A stretch of 64,000 nucleotides of DNA from Eledone cirrhosa (Eukaryota), in contig OZ024740.1 in assembly GCA_964016885.1 (NCBI GenBank), positions 441,254,001 to 441,318,000 on the forward strand. Reading direction: 5' to 3'. The translations under genes and the position numbers were made by a program. Position 1 is the stretch's first letter, and the number at the start of each line of letters is the position of its first letter. A model generated the notes under the pieces. That model made no database searches and had not been told where the DNA came from. It was given only the letters and a program-made list of their open reading frames with translations. This document shows, piece by piece, positions 1-10,953 of the stretch.

Positions 1-146
1 CTGTAGAAATCAAGCCAGATCAGTTCCTGTATGAGCAAGGCATGGTCAGCCGACCAGACACTGCCCACAACAGGACAACCCGTCTAACCCATGCTAGCGT
101 GGAAGAACGGACGTAAAACGGTGATGATGATGATGATGATGATGAT
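1..146 (+). mobile_element. 3' end of RTE-clade LINE with (GAT)n tail (element continues upstream of the window)
   Basis: Bases 1-134 are an exact reverse complement of the 3' UTR and tail of the LINE at 4318-4451; ends in (GAT)n. Confidence 0.9.
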
Positions 147-752
147 ATATATAAACAATATCTTATATTATCTTATATATATATGCTGATCTTATTGACT
201 GATGAATAGCTCTTGTTTATTTTAACACGTCTGTTGAGAACTCTTATTCGATATGTGATTTTTTGTATTCTTACAAAATTTACACTTACTGAATTCTTTC
301 GCCAAATATAGGGGTTCCCTCCCTTGCTGGACTACACGTGCGTTCAGTAACGGGTCCCCCTGTATTTTTGAACGAAACATCCGCTGAGAAAGCAGTTTCC
401 ACGTTCATCTCTTTACTAGAAGTCAGATATATTTTTTTATGTGGGCTGACAGTAATTGATTAAGGAACTGCAGAAACCCAAAAAGCTAGAATTTAACATC
501 CTTCTAGCGGGTCCGGGTGAGTTTTTACATTCATTTAATTTATTAATTTATTAATTAATTATTTGAGTGACCCGAATTTTCCTGGTCGTTTTTTTTCGGT
601 TGTGCCTATGATTTTAGGCATCGTCTCTATGTGTTGGTATTTTAACGATAGTTATAGCTCTGGTTCATCCAAACTATTGAGCCCTCTGTCACACATGTCG
701 AAGATTGTTTATCGTTATTTCGTTGGCCGAGATTCTGATTCTCGATTATTTA

Positions 753-795
<43 letters not shown>

Positions 796-992
796 TAAAA
801 TAACAGATTAAAGTTTAAGCAAAGAATCGCTGCTTTCACCCTTAACGGGATCTTCTGAAACTAACAAAGTCAATCTGTAAACGCAGAACTGGATATTTCA
901 AAAAACGTTGCAACCGGAGGAAGACAGGAAGACGATACTTTGGTTCGTGGAAACGTTCGCTGGCTAAGGACGGGAAAAAACGAATATAATAC

Positions 993-1041
<49 letters not shown>

Positions 1042-1187
1042 TTTTGAGTTTATGTTGGTTGTATACCAACACCTCAGTATGCAGGCTGGAGCACTCAACG
1101 AAGTGCGCAGGTTGGTTTGGTTACTCCGGAGTAGTGTAAAATAAAGTTAAATAAAAGTCAAATGATTAAAATTTAGCTTCGTTTATT

Positions 1188-1242
1188 ACTGCTATATATA
1201 TTTCAGTGACAGCCATCTTTGGCTGTGACCTCTTCAGGCAGT
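1188..1242 (-). ncRNA. Minimal type I hammerhead ribozyme in a Penelope-like terminal repeat (terminus ~1039-1242)
   Basis: Minus strand reads ACTGC-CTGAAGA-G-GTCACAGCCA-AAGA-TGGCTGTCAC-T-GAAA-TATATATA-GCAGT-AATAAA: stem I ACTGC/GCAGT, 10-bp stem II with one mismatch, palindromic stem III, then AATAAA. Confidence 0.8.
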
Positions 1243-2289
1243 TTGAATTAGTATGGTATAGACAAGTACATATGTTGTTTAGGTGTATGATATTGTCAAT
1301 ACTCTGATATGCCCAGTTCCTTGCTGGGTTGTTAATTCACTGGGGAACTGGGATCATATGAATTCAAACAAACGAATTTTCGTGTCACAGGTCCCCTTCT
1401 CCTCTCATTGGTCAGTTATTAGTGTTGTCATTGTTGGAGTTAGCTTAAAAATTGATAAAATGGTAGAAGGGACAAGGTGTTGAAGGAACAAAATATCAAA
1501 AAATGTGTCAAACTTCCCATTGTTCAGTTCTGAGAGCATTCCTCAGTCAGAAGTCTATAGAATTCTTTCTGGGGTGAGGCTCCCTGTAGTGTTTATGCCT
1601 GCTATTGTTCAGTACATTTGACCTCCACCATTATTTTGGTACTGTTGTTGTTGTAGTGGTCAGCTTATACCTTGCTGCTGCTAACAATTTAGAAGTATTC
1701 AGTTTGTGTTTTCTTTTCATCCCACCCGCCACCATCGTAGTGGTGGTGGCGGGGGGGGGGGGGTTCTTTCATGTATATGAAGAAATATAAGGCAATAAAT
1801 GAAGAAAACAGAAGATAAATAAATAATATAATAAAATAAAATAATTAATATAATTTGTGTAATTTGAAAATAAATAAATAAATAGAGAATAAAGAATAAA
1901 GAGTAAATGAGAGATTGGTGAAAAAGTAATGATAATGTATATGGAGAAGTGAGAAATAATGTAGGATAAAGTGTGTGTGTGTGTGTGCTATAACCAATCT
2001 CAAGGTCAGAATATGTTGGATAGATTGGTATGATACAAGATGTTAAGATGAGATATTCAATGTGTTTGTGTTATAATCTATCTCAACTTAAAATAAATAT
2101 AAGGTTATACAGTGAAGAGGGCAGAAAACAAATAACAAATTAATAAAGAGAAATCAAGATTTAAGATTGGAACTTTAAAGTCAGAAATCTGGTAAATTAA
2201 AAGTGTTTGTGTTATAGATGTTGGCCAGATTATTATGGCTGTGTCCGATTCTATCTCTAGGCTATCATGGTGTCTGCTCCGCCTGGGTT

Positions 2290-2455
2290 GTTCCCTATGG
2301 CTTGAGGGGAGTTCACAACCTAGGGTGTTGTAATTGTCCATATAGCTTGAGGGAGGTCTGGCCGAGAGGTGTTTTCATGTTCTGTAGAAGTCCCTATAGC
2401 TTGAGGGGAGTTCACATCTTCTTGTGTTGCTACTGTCCATATATTTTGAGAAAGG
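2290..2455. repeat. Degenerate ~50-55 bp tandem repeat overlapping the end of the GIY-YIG ORF
   Basis: Recurring (C)CTATAGCTTGAGGG(G)AG-like motif near 2294, 2340, 2393 and, more degenerate, 2438. Confidence 0.55.
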
Positions 2456-3074
2456 TCCCGGCTCTAAGGTGTCTGCATGTCCCGAAGAAGTCGGTTCTGA
2501 GGTTTATCAGGCCGCTTCCACCTCTTAGTATCTCGAGGGTCTCGTTCAGGCATAGTTTGCATATGCAAGATCCCCCTTTATCGGGTGGTACTTTCCTGAT
2601 TATGTACCAGGCCAGAGAGTATGGGGTCCTGTCCAGCTTAAGCTTCCAGATCAGGTCGGAGAGAGCTATGCTTTTCCTTTTGGCCTCCTTCTTGAATGAA
2701 TGGCGATGGTTGTACCAGCGGTCCTTAAAGCTCGTTGATGTGGCTCCTATGTAGAGGTGTTCGGAGTTGGGGGTTTTAACCCTACAACCGTACACTATGT
2801 TCTTCTTGAGACATTCATTACCAAGGGGGCATGATTCGGGGTTTCTACAGTTGCAGAGGGTGGGCGGCCTCTGCGTGCTTAGATTAGGGTTCTCATTATG
2901 TGTTACATGTTGGTCTTCCCCCATGCTCGGTGGGGGGTCCTTGGGTCTGTTTGTGTTTCTTGGGTGGGCTCTGGGTCCCCCATTCCCTCCTTTCACATGG
3001 TTCTGCTGAGTGTTTGTATTGCCATCTTCTGGTTGTGTGTGGTTTTTAAGCCTACTTCTGTTGATATATATCAA
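2430..3074 (-). pseudogene. 5'-truncated Penelope-like element ORF: C-terminal GIY-YIG endonuclease
   Basis: CNCRNPESCPLGNECL followed by IVY..x..YIG-T..FK-R..NH, CKLCLNE and LIN-R....CRH, a PLE GIY-YIG pattern; no RT domain present, frame begins at the TA tract near 3080. Confidence 0.85.
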
Positions 3075-3177
3075 GTTTCATATATATATATATGAAACTT
3101 GATATATATATATATATGTCATGTTTCATATAGGAATGACTTCCAAAAGACTAGACCTATTTCATACAAAGGAAATC

Positions 3178-3253
<76 letters not shown>

Positions 3254-4239
3254 GTATATATATATAAAATCTATTGAATTCCTTGTCAAAAAATATTCTA
3301 CACTTGATCTAATGTTAAACACCTTCAAACAAGAGGCCTGGGTTAAGTTCTCTGGCGACACAAATTTACTTCATTTACAATTAAAATATACTTTGTTAAT
3401 TTTTTATGTTTTATTCTAATGAAATTAAATTTATTGAACAACAGTTATACAATCATGAAATTCTTAAAAAGCATAAAAACCATAAAAAATGAAAAGAAAA
3501 GGGACAAAGGGTGATGTAAAGAAGGGCAGACTGTGTAGGAAAGGAAAGGGAAGGAATATGTCATAAATGAGAGGAAAGGGAGGGGGAGAGCAATGAGTAT
3601 TAGACAATAGATATTCCTGTGAAATGTATGAACATCACAACCTCACCATCATCCTCTTCCCTTCATTTCTCATATTTCACACCTTTGTGTTTTATCAGAC
3701 ATTCGATTAAAAATATAATACTGACATCTGTTACCTGTAAACACTAACAAAGATATTGATATAAGGATGTCCGCATATCTTCTAGTTTATTTGTCTAAGG
3801 AAGAGAAAGGTTCTTGTCATTTCTTTTTCATTGATGTATCGGCTTTTTTTCAACTACATTTTCTTGTTTTACCTTCAACAATACCAGATTGTTCCAGTTT
3901 TTATCCTGTTTATTTGCTACTTTAGTATCTCAAAAAACTACTGGAGCTAGATATACAAAATAACAACTAAGTCAGATGAAACATGTGCCATGTAATAGAA
4001 ATATGCTCACATATTGTATTCAAAATAACATACTGTATGCATATACATGTAGACTGGAAACTCCTGGTGGAATCATAGGGTGCCATAGTGATAGACAGCA
4101 TGTCTTGGGCATTTTAAACAAAGTTTAACCTGAAGAGGATTTGAGGATTTCACCCTCCTCCAGATCTGAACACAGCCAATTTCTTCCAGGAGACGGAACT
4201 AGAATGTAATCGAGGGGAAAAGAGAAAAGTAGAGGAAGA

Positions 4240-4317
4240 ATCCACTCAGGTATTTCTCTTGAACCTCGAAAGGAGGAGAGGCGAAGTTGACATCAGCGAG
4301 ATTTGAACTCAAAGAGT
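4240..4317 (-). mobile_element. Degenerate tRNA-derived SINE fragment (same family as 6973-7160)
   Basis: Minus strand GAGTTCAAATCTCGCTGATGTCAACTTCGCCTCTCCTCCTTTCGAGG aligns by eye with the B-box and core of the 6973 copy. Confidence 0.6.
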
Positions 4318-6748
4318 ATCATCATCATCACCGTTTTACGTCCGTTCTTCCACGCTAGCATGGGTTAGACGGGTTGTCCTGTTGTGGGCAGTGTCTGGTC
4401 GGCTGACCATGCCTTGCTCATACAGGAACTGATCTGGCTTGATTTCTACAGCTGGATGCCCTTCCTAACACCAACCTCATTTACAGTGAGTGCTGGGTGC
4501 TTTTTCGTGGCGCCTACACGTCCACTTTACAGTGTGGGCTGGGTGCTTTTTTGCCGTGGCACCTCCACGACCACCTTGCGGTGGGGGGGGGGGGCATATT
4601 GTTTATATGCTTCAGCATGTACCCATGGGAGGTCGGGTACCCTGTATTACTGCGTGACGCCAGAAGTCACGGTCGTGTGTCATTGACTTTGAGAGGTGTA
4701 GTTGGGTAAGGTCGGCTTTTATCACCTCATCCCAAGTCATCTTGGGTCTCCCCACTCCGCGGTTTCCATCAACTTCTAGTGCTCTGCACCTTTTTATGCA
4801 GCTGTCATCCTTCATACGCATCACATGTCCATACCAGCGTAACCGCCTCTCCTGCACGCAGCATTTGATTCCTCTTATGCTCAGTCTCTCTCTCAATTCA
4901 TTTATGCTTTGTCGTTCACGTATATTACTGTTACACATCCATCGGAGCATGCAGGCTTCGTTTCTCTCTAATCTACGTAAGTCTTCCACCTTCAGCGCCC
5001 AGGTCTCACTACCATGCAACATCGCTGTTCGGATACACGCATCATACAGTCTGCCTTTCATTCTGAGGGAGAAGCCTTTTGCAGCTAGCAGTGGTAGTAG
5101 TTCCCTAAACTTCTTCCATCCCGTTCTTACCCTAGTTATTGTACTTTCTGAGCACCCACCTCCGTTGCTAATTCGGTCACCTAGGTAGCAGAAGCTGTCT
5201 ACTGTTTCTACAGGGCCCTCCCAGAGATTGGTGGTACTTGTTTCCTGTGGCTGTTTGCTTGCTGTTTCAGCACAGCTGCTGCATGTGAATCCTACATTCT
5301 TAATTAAGCTTCCTGAGATCCCGCTACATCTCTTGTGTACCCATTGTTTGCATTTGGGGCAAAGAATGGAGTTCCTACCTACACCTTTCCTACATACTGA
5401 GCAAGGCCATTTCCCTGAGGGGATCTGGGTTCTGTTTTCTCGTCTACTTATAAGGACCTTAGTCTTTGTCATGTTGACTTTGAGGCCCTTTCTCTCTAGT
5501 CCCTGCTTCCAGGTTTGGAATTTATTCTCTAGTTCTACCATAGATTCAGCTATGAGTGCGAGGTCATCAGCATACAGGAGTTCCCATGGGCATCCGGTCT
5601 TAAACTCCTCCGTTATTGCCTGCAGGACTATGATGAACAGGAGAGGGCTAAGAACAGAGCCCTGGTGGACCCCAACCTGTACGCTAAATTCCTCGCTATA
5701 CTCATTGCCAATCCTAACTTTGCTGACTGCTCCCCTATACATGGCTTGTACCGCTTTCACAAGCCATTCATCTACTCCTAGTTTTCTAAGAGCCCACCAG
5801 ATTACTGCACGTGGAACTCTGTCAAAGGCTTTCTCAAGGTCGACAAATGCCAAGTAGAGTGGCTTACTTTTAGCTAGGTACTTTTCCTGTAATTGCCTCA
5901 CAAGGAAGAGGGCATCAGTGGTGCCTTTCCCTGGTACAAACCCAAATTGCATCTCGTCTATATTCACCCGGTCCCTAATCAGCTGTGCTATAACTCTTTC
6001 TGTTACTTTCATGACCTGGTCCATCAACTTTATACCTCTATAGTTTCCTCTATCTAGTGCATCGCCTTTACCTTTGTAGCAGTTGACAATGATGCTACTG
6101 CACCAATCTTTTGGTATGGCCCCCTCTAGTATTACCTGGTTAACGATACGTGTGGTTATAGTGTGACCTACAGACCCAGATGCCTTCAGCATCTCGGCAG
6201 CTATACCCGATGGACCGGTTGCCTTCCCTATCTTCATATCTCTGATTGCCTTACTTACTACGCTGCCGCTGACTTGTACTGCTGGTCCCTCTATAGGGTC
6301 TAAGTGGGGTAGGGTCTCTTCTTCCCATGCATTCTCCTCATTTAGTAATCTATCATAATGACTCTTCCATGCATCTTTCTTCTCAGCACTTGTGAGGGCA
6401 AGCTCACCTTTATCATTCCGGATACACTTCTCTCCAATGACATCACAACTATCTCTGACACACTGCCTCGCAATCTTGAATACCTCCTGTTTCTGGTCCT
6501 CACGTTGTAAAACATGCTTGAATTTTCTATCCTCTGCTTCCCTTCTAGCTAAGTATACTTGTCGCCTAGCTTCCCTCTTGGTCTCTATGTAATGTACCCT
6601 GCTCCCCCCGTTCTTCCATTCTTTCCACGCCTGTCTCTTGGCCTTGACTGCTTCATCTACCTTATTGTTCCACCACCAAGTCACTCTCCTCCTGCTTGAG
6701 GTCTTACTCCAACCACAGACCTCGTCCGTCGCCTCTAGTAAATTATTT
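4318..6748 (-). mobile_element. 5'-truncated RTE-clade LINE retrotransposon with (GAT)n tail
   Basis: RT ORF, ~290 nt 3' UTR and (GAT)n tail at 4318-4330; reading frame stays open upstream of 6684 (NLLEATDEVCGWSK) to ~6748; no APE endonuclease domain present. Confidence 0.93.
4612..6684 (-). CDS. LINE reverse transcriptase ORF (N-terminally truncated) with PHD-like zinc finger
   Basis: NYRGIKL, QFGFVPGKGT, FVDLEKAFDRV, GVHQGSVLSPLLF, YADD, FCYLG, RRLRWYGHVMR and GRPKMTW motifs; 690 aa without stops. Confidence 0.93.
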   Translation of the reverse strand: MTWWWNNKVDEAVKAKRQAWKEWKNGGSRVHYIETKREARRQVYLARREAEDRKFKHVLQREDQKQEVFKIARQCVRDSCDVIGEKCIRNDKGELALTSAEKKDAWKSHYDRLLNEENAWEEETLPHLDPIEGPAVQVSGSVVSKAIRDMKIGKATGPSGIAAEMLKASGSVGHTITTRIVNQVILEGAIPKDWCSSIIVNCYKGKGDALDRGNYRGIKLMDQVMKVTERVIAQLIRDRVNIDEMQFGFVPGKGTTDALFLVRQLQEKYLAKSKPLYLAFVDLEKAFDRVPRAVIWWALRKLGVDEWLVKAVQAMYRGAVSKVRIGNEYSEEFSVQVGVHQGSVLSPLLFIIVLQAITEEFKTGCPWELLYADDLALIAESMVELENKFQTWKQGLERKGLKVNMTKTKVLISRRENRTQIPSGKWPCSVCRKGVGRNSILCPKCKQWVHKRCSGISGSLIKNVGFTCSSCAETASKQPQETSTTNLWEGPVETVDSFCYLGDRISNGGGCSESTITRVRTGWKKFRELLPLLAAKGFSLRMKGRLYDACIRTAMLHGSETWALKVEDLRRLERNEACMLRWMCNSNIRERQSINELRERLSIRGIKCCVQERRLRWYGHVMRMKDDSCIKRCRALEVDGNRGVGRPKMTWDEVIKADLTQLHLSKSMTHDRDFWRHAVIQGTRPPMGTC

Positions 6749-6791
6749 TTATACTTGATATATATTTATCCTTATCGAGCCTTCTTTGGAT

Positions 6792-6871
6792 TTACGGGGT
6801 CGATAAAATAAAGTACCAGTAATACACTGGGTAATTGCTGGCCTTGTGCCTAACGTAGAAACAATTATTAT

Positions 6872-6875
<4 letters not shown>
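6792..6875 (+). mobile_element. 3' half of tRNA-derived SINE
   Basis: TTACGGGGTCGATAAAATAAAGTACCAGTAATACACTGG...GTAGAAACAATTATT, nearly identical to 3' halves of the 6973 and 23347 copies. Confidence 0.85.
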
Positions 6876-6910
<35 letters not shown>

Positions 6911-6912
<2 letters not shown>

Positions 6913-8775
6913 GGAAAAATTTGAACAGGAACAAAACAGAAAGGCAGTACAACGAATGTTTATTAATTTCACACGGTGGATTGGCAGTATCGGTAGAGGG
7001 TCGGACGCCATGCTTTGACGCATAGAGTTACGGCCCTTGCCATTCTGAGTTCAAATCCGGCCGAGGTTAACTTTGCCTTTCATCCTTACGGGATCGATAA
7101 AATAAAGTACCAGTAATACACTGGGAAATTGCTGGCCTTGTGCCAAAAGTAGAAACAATTAATTTCACGCTCTGGAGAGTGGGGTGGTGGTGGGGAACGA
7201 CGTTTCGGGCATAAGCCCTTCCTCGGGTGAGAAGTGTGTGGGAACAGAGTTCAAAGGGTGTGTAGGGGAGTGGTGGGGAGACATATAGCGAAAGGAAACG
7301 GTACGAATGAAATTAAAAATAAAAATAAAAATAAAGCATGATCAAAATAAACTGAAATTAAAAAGGAGTTAAAACAGGTGGTGGAAGGGTGTGGGGTGTG
7401 TAGGGGTGGTGGAGGGTGGAGTGGGGAGAGGGAGACGGGGTGTCCGAGCGGGGAGGGCTGAAGGTGGTGTGTGTATAGGTGTACGTGTGTATGTGTGTGT
7501 GTGTGTGTATGTGAAAGTAAGGGTTGGGGGAAGAACGGGGCTGCATGTTCAGGAAGAGGTTGTGTGGGGGGTGTTGTAAGTCGGAGTGTCTGTGCGTGTG
7601 TGGATAGAGGGGTGGGGGAGATGAATCAGGAGGCTGAGGGTGTAAATATGTGGTGGAAAGCACGTGTGTGTGGGGTTTAAGCGTGTTGTGGGTGTAGGTG
7701 GCGGGTGGGAGAAAAAAAATGTTTTGGTTGTGTGTGTGGGTGAGTTATATAGGTGATTCCGTAAGAGGATGGTTGAAATGTTGGTAAATTCCTATGATGT
7801 TTAGTAGATTCCGTGGTGGTCAAGTTCCACATACGAGTATTTCATGAAGAGATGGTCGGAAGAGGAGAGATGTGGGGTGCGCGCGCAACAGGAAGTGGTC
7901 AAGCGGTAGGAGTGCTGTGTGTCTGTTTGTGCTGGGAGGTGGTCAGAGAGCATAGCAGCAGTCGGGTGGAATGGTAAAGGGGCGAGGATGGGTAGGTGTG
8001 AAAGTTGGAGTGAGGAGGGTGTGTGTGTGTGTATTAGTAGAGGTGTTAGTGGGATGAGTGAGTGTGGAGCGAGGGTGTGGGTGGAGCGGGGAGAGAAGGG
8101 TGTGTGTAGTTCTATGGAGGGAGTGTGGTGTACTGGTGTGTGTGTAGTTTGATGGAGGGGGTGTTAGTGGGTGTTAGTATACGGGAGGTGGGGAAAGGGT
8201 TGAATGCAGGTGTGAGTGGGGTTAGTGGTGGTAGGGTGTGTAGAGTTGGTGGTGTACGATGGTGTGTGAGTACGTGTGCGTGGGGTTAGGGGGTGTTAGT
8301 GATGTTAGTTGCGTGTGGGGTGGGTGGTGTAAGTGGGTGCGTGTGTTCGTGTGCTTGGGGTCAGGGGGTGTTAGTGAGGTTAGTTGCGGTATGGCGGGAT
8401 GGAGGTGTGGGGGGTGAGGGTTAGTGGTGGTAGTAGGGTGTGTGTTTAGTGTGAGCGCGTGTATATATGTGCCGGTGGGTGTGTGCGTGTGATAAGGAGG
8501 GGGGGGGGGAGAAGAGGGGAGGGATGTTAGTATGTTAGTTGGGGAAGGGTGGTCGGATGAGGGGTGGAGTGGAGGTGTTAGTATTGTTAGTTGTGGGGTG
8601 GGCGGTGAAAAGGAGGGGTGTGTTAGTGGTGTTAGTGGGGGATAAGTGGGGGGGGGGTCGAAGGCTAAAGGAATAAGGGTGGGGAGTTCAGGCCGGGGGG
8701 AGGGTGGGTCTGTAAGATGAAGATAGTTCTTTGTTCGACTCTAAGGCGATTGGCGGGTGTTCCGTGGCATTGGAG
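6911..8775 (-). mobile_element. Probable truncated Penelope-like element 3' region (low complexity) with variant hammerhead core
   Basis: Bounded by TA tracts; minus strand CCGAGGA-AGGGC-TTAT-GCCC-GAAAC-GTC at ~7198-7226, with AATAAA downstream once the SINE is removed; stem I not evident. Confidence 0.5.
6973..7160 (+). mobile_element. Full-length tRNA-derived SINE with 11-bp target-site duplication
   Basis: A-box-like TGGCAGTATCGG, B-box GAGTTCAAATCC, core GCCTTTCATCCTT..GATAAAATAAAGTACCAG; ATTAATTTCAC duplicated at 6962-6972 and 7158-7168. Confidence 0.9.
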
Positions 8776-8802
8776 TATATATATATATATATATATATAT
8801 AT

Positions 8803-9060
8803 CGCGGGTAAAATTCCCGAGATCTATGGATGGATTCTCTCCAGCTGTCTCTGTCCCTCATTGTCGCTGCCATGTCCTGTGTCTCCAAGAGACCAGTGTC
8901 TGTCCTTAGGACATCAACATATGTTAACCTCGGTCTTCCTCTTCCAGTGTGTCCATGCAGGGGTTACCACAGGAGCACTGAGTGCAGTGTCAACTCTGTA
9001 TGTCGGTGAGCATTTCCAGCTAACCCCAGTCTGCTGTGTTACTTTCGAGCTGACTTTTGT
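8803..9060 (-). pseudogene. Decayed 3' fragment of a different RTE-clade LINE
   Basis: Minus-strand translation RLGLAGNAHRHTELTLHSVLLW*PLHGHTGRGRPRLTYVDVLRTDTG...MRDRDSWR resembles RTE C-termini; one stop codon. Confidence 0.75.
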
Positions 9061-9139
9061 GTATATATATATTTACATTAGTATTGTTTTGCTAATAAAA
9101 TATAAGTTTCATGTAATACGAAGTAAAAATGTAAGATAA

Positions 9140-9221
9140 CACTGTGAGAAGGATTCGGACCTGCGCGGGCTTTGCCCATTGGATTTCGAATCCAACACCT
9201 TAACCACTCGGCCATCACAGC
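9140..9221 (-). tRNA. tRNA-Ser(CGA), probably a degenerate or pseudogenised copy
   Basis: 82-nt cloverleaf GCTGTGATGGCCGAGTGGTTAAGG...TTGGA-TTCGAAA-TCCAA, long variable arm GGGC-AAA-GCCC, anticodon at 9186-9188, T5 terminator at 9125-9129; T-loop reads GGTCCGAATCC and the T stem has a mismatch. Confidence 0.88.
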
Positions 9222-9483
9222 AGTTCAGAAGTCAGTTTAAATATATGATTGATGAAACAAAAATGAAGCAAATTTTCGGGAAAATGTGGGAGTATTTTAT
9301 TTTTAGTCAATAATCTACATTTCTATCGCTTCTCTCAGAATTTGAGTCTTGTTCAATTAATTTGAAAGTACGAATTACTTCCCCTAATATTGACACTGAT
9401 GTTGAATCATTACAGAAGGAACGACTTAATCAGGAGAAATACTCTGATTATCTTTACATATTGTGTTGTAAGTATGGCTGAAT

Positions 9484-9782
9484 CAAGGCCGGATTTAATA
9501 AGGAGCAATGAGGGCAATTGTCCCGGTGCCCCTACAGTAGAGGTCCCCGCCAGTGACGGCCATAACAATTTATTTGTGCCCTCGGCTGGGCTTTTTAGTT
9601 TGGGGATGGTTAGAATTTTTTAATTTTATACCTGTATGTATAACTTTTCAATTCTAATTACTTGTACCAATCTAACTTTGATATGTAAAATTGGGGGGTT
9701 GCTGTGTATTGTAATGTTTTGTGTATGAGGGGACCCCAAAAAGTGAAGTTCCCCGCTCCCCCAATGTCTAAATACAACACTG
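9484..9782. mobile_element. Old non-autonomous hAT-type DNA transposon (MITE)
   Basis: Degenerate TIRs CAAGGCCGGATTTA / TAAATACAACACTG and an 8-bp TSD GGCTGAAT (9476-9483) / GGCTCAAT (9783-9790). Confidence 0.7.
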
Positions 9783-9819
9783 GGCTCAATGGTTGAGGTA
9801 ATCGCACCATAACTTTCAG

Positions 9820-9972
9820 AGGTGGAGGGTAAGTTAGTTGGAGGGGGGGGTATGTTAGTTAGGGGGGTATGTTAGTTGGGGGGGTATGTTAGTTGGGATG
9901 GGGGGGTATGTTAGTTGGGGGTGGGGTATGTTAGTTGGAGGTGGGGGAAGTTAGTTGGAGGTGGGGAAGGGA
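9820..9972 (+). repeat. G-rich minisatellite (G-run + TATGTTAGTT, ~17-24 bp)
   Basis: About seven copies of a GTTAGTT-containing unit separated by G runs. Confidence 0.85.
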
Positions 9973-10092
9973 GTACTCGTTCTGACGTCACACATTTCCT
10001 CTTCTCCCACTTTCACTTTCCTTCTCTCTCACACTTCCTTCACTATTGAACAAATGATATAAATTATCGATAAACCACAATATCGTCACCTG

Positions 10093-10325
10093 AACTAATA
10101 TAGATATACCGCATAAAATATATAGGCCCCTAAATAAACTAATATAGATATACCGCATAAAATATATAGTCCCCTAAAAAATTCACCACGTACATATACC
10201 ACATAAAATATATAGGCCCCTAAATAAACTAACCACGTTCATATACCACATAAAATATATAGGCCCCTAAAAGCATCCACCACATGTATATACCTCAAAA
10301 TACATAGGCCCCCTAAAAATCTAAT
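10093..10325 (+). repeat. ~45-47 bp minisatellite, about 5 copies
   Basis: Repeated ATACCRCATAAAATATATAGGCCCCTAAA. Confidence 0.85.
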
Positions 10326-10953
10326 CACGTGACATAGTATACCTCATTACAAATACTTTCAGAAAGTTGGCTTTCATCAATTATATAAAGGTTGGATGTT
10401 TGGAATTTCTGCTGTTTTCTAATTCTGTGTATCTGGTGGTATCTGAGTTTATGACATCTTAACTGAACCAACACCTGGTTGGAGGATTTGCAGTTACTAA
10501 TTCACATCTTCACACCTCTAGGTTCACTTTATGTCAGTTATTTTCACCGATAGGATTACTGAAGTTATTTTACATTAATTTGTAGTTGATCCAAAAGTTG
10601 ATGTTTAAGATAAGGATCTATCTCTCGTGCTGCTGCCGTCATCTGATTATGTCGTAAAAATAAAATAAGATAAAATAGAGTAAGTTAAGACAACTACAAC
10701 GTTTTCATGTAATATCATAGAATCACTAGAACATCTGACTGATGAAATGACAAGTCAGTCAATCATATTGGTGGCCTCCCCACAGCCTCGGCGGAGTCTC
10801 CACTGCCAAGGGTACAACCGCAAACCTGTCGGAGAGCGACCGGTATTTGTTGATTCAATAGACTGTATTTCTCTGCAACATAATATTAATCTTGTGTTAA
10901 CAAGAAAGAAATCTATACAGGTACATTATTAAGACGCTGTTATCAATTTAAAG

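Noticed and set aside
199-260. CTGATGA followed by a possible stem, hammerhead-like
   Set aside because: No properly placed GAAA (reads CGATA) and no clear stems I or III.
824-860. Minus-strand CAGAAGA-TCCC-GTTAA-GGGT-GAAAGC, hammerhead-like
   Set aside because: Core is mutated and stems I and III could not be built; possible relic only.
3065-3108. 16-bp inverted repeat around a short TA run at the PLE truncation point
   Set aside because: Too short and AT-rich to call as an element; probably a junction by-product.
3730-3950. Possible minus-strand host exon ending in CAG|GTAAC
   Set aside because: The frame I read contains several stops and no recognisable domain; cannot support.
10093-10325. 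Regular repeats resembling a CRISPR array
   Set aside because: Intervening sequences are related to each other, there are no cas genes, and the context is eukaryotic: a minisatellite.
10340-10660. Possible minus-strand exon (pyrimidine tract upstream, GAG|GTAT donor-like site)
   Set aside because: No sustained open frame or homology recognisable; at most a decayed pseudo-exon.
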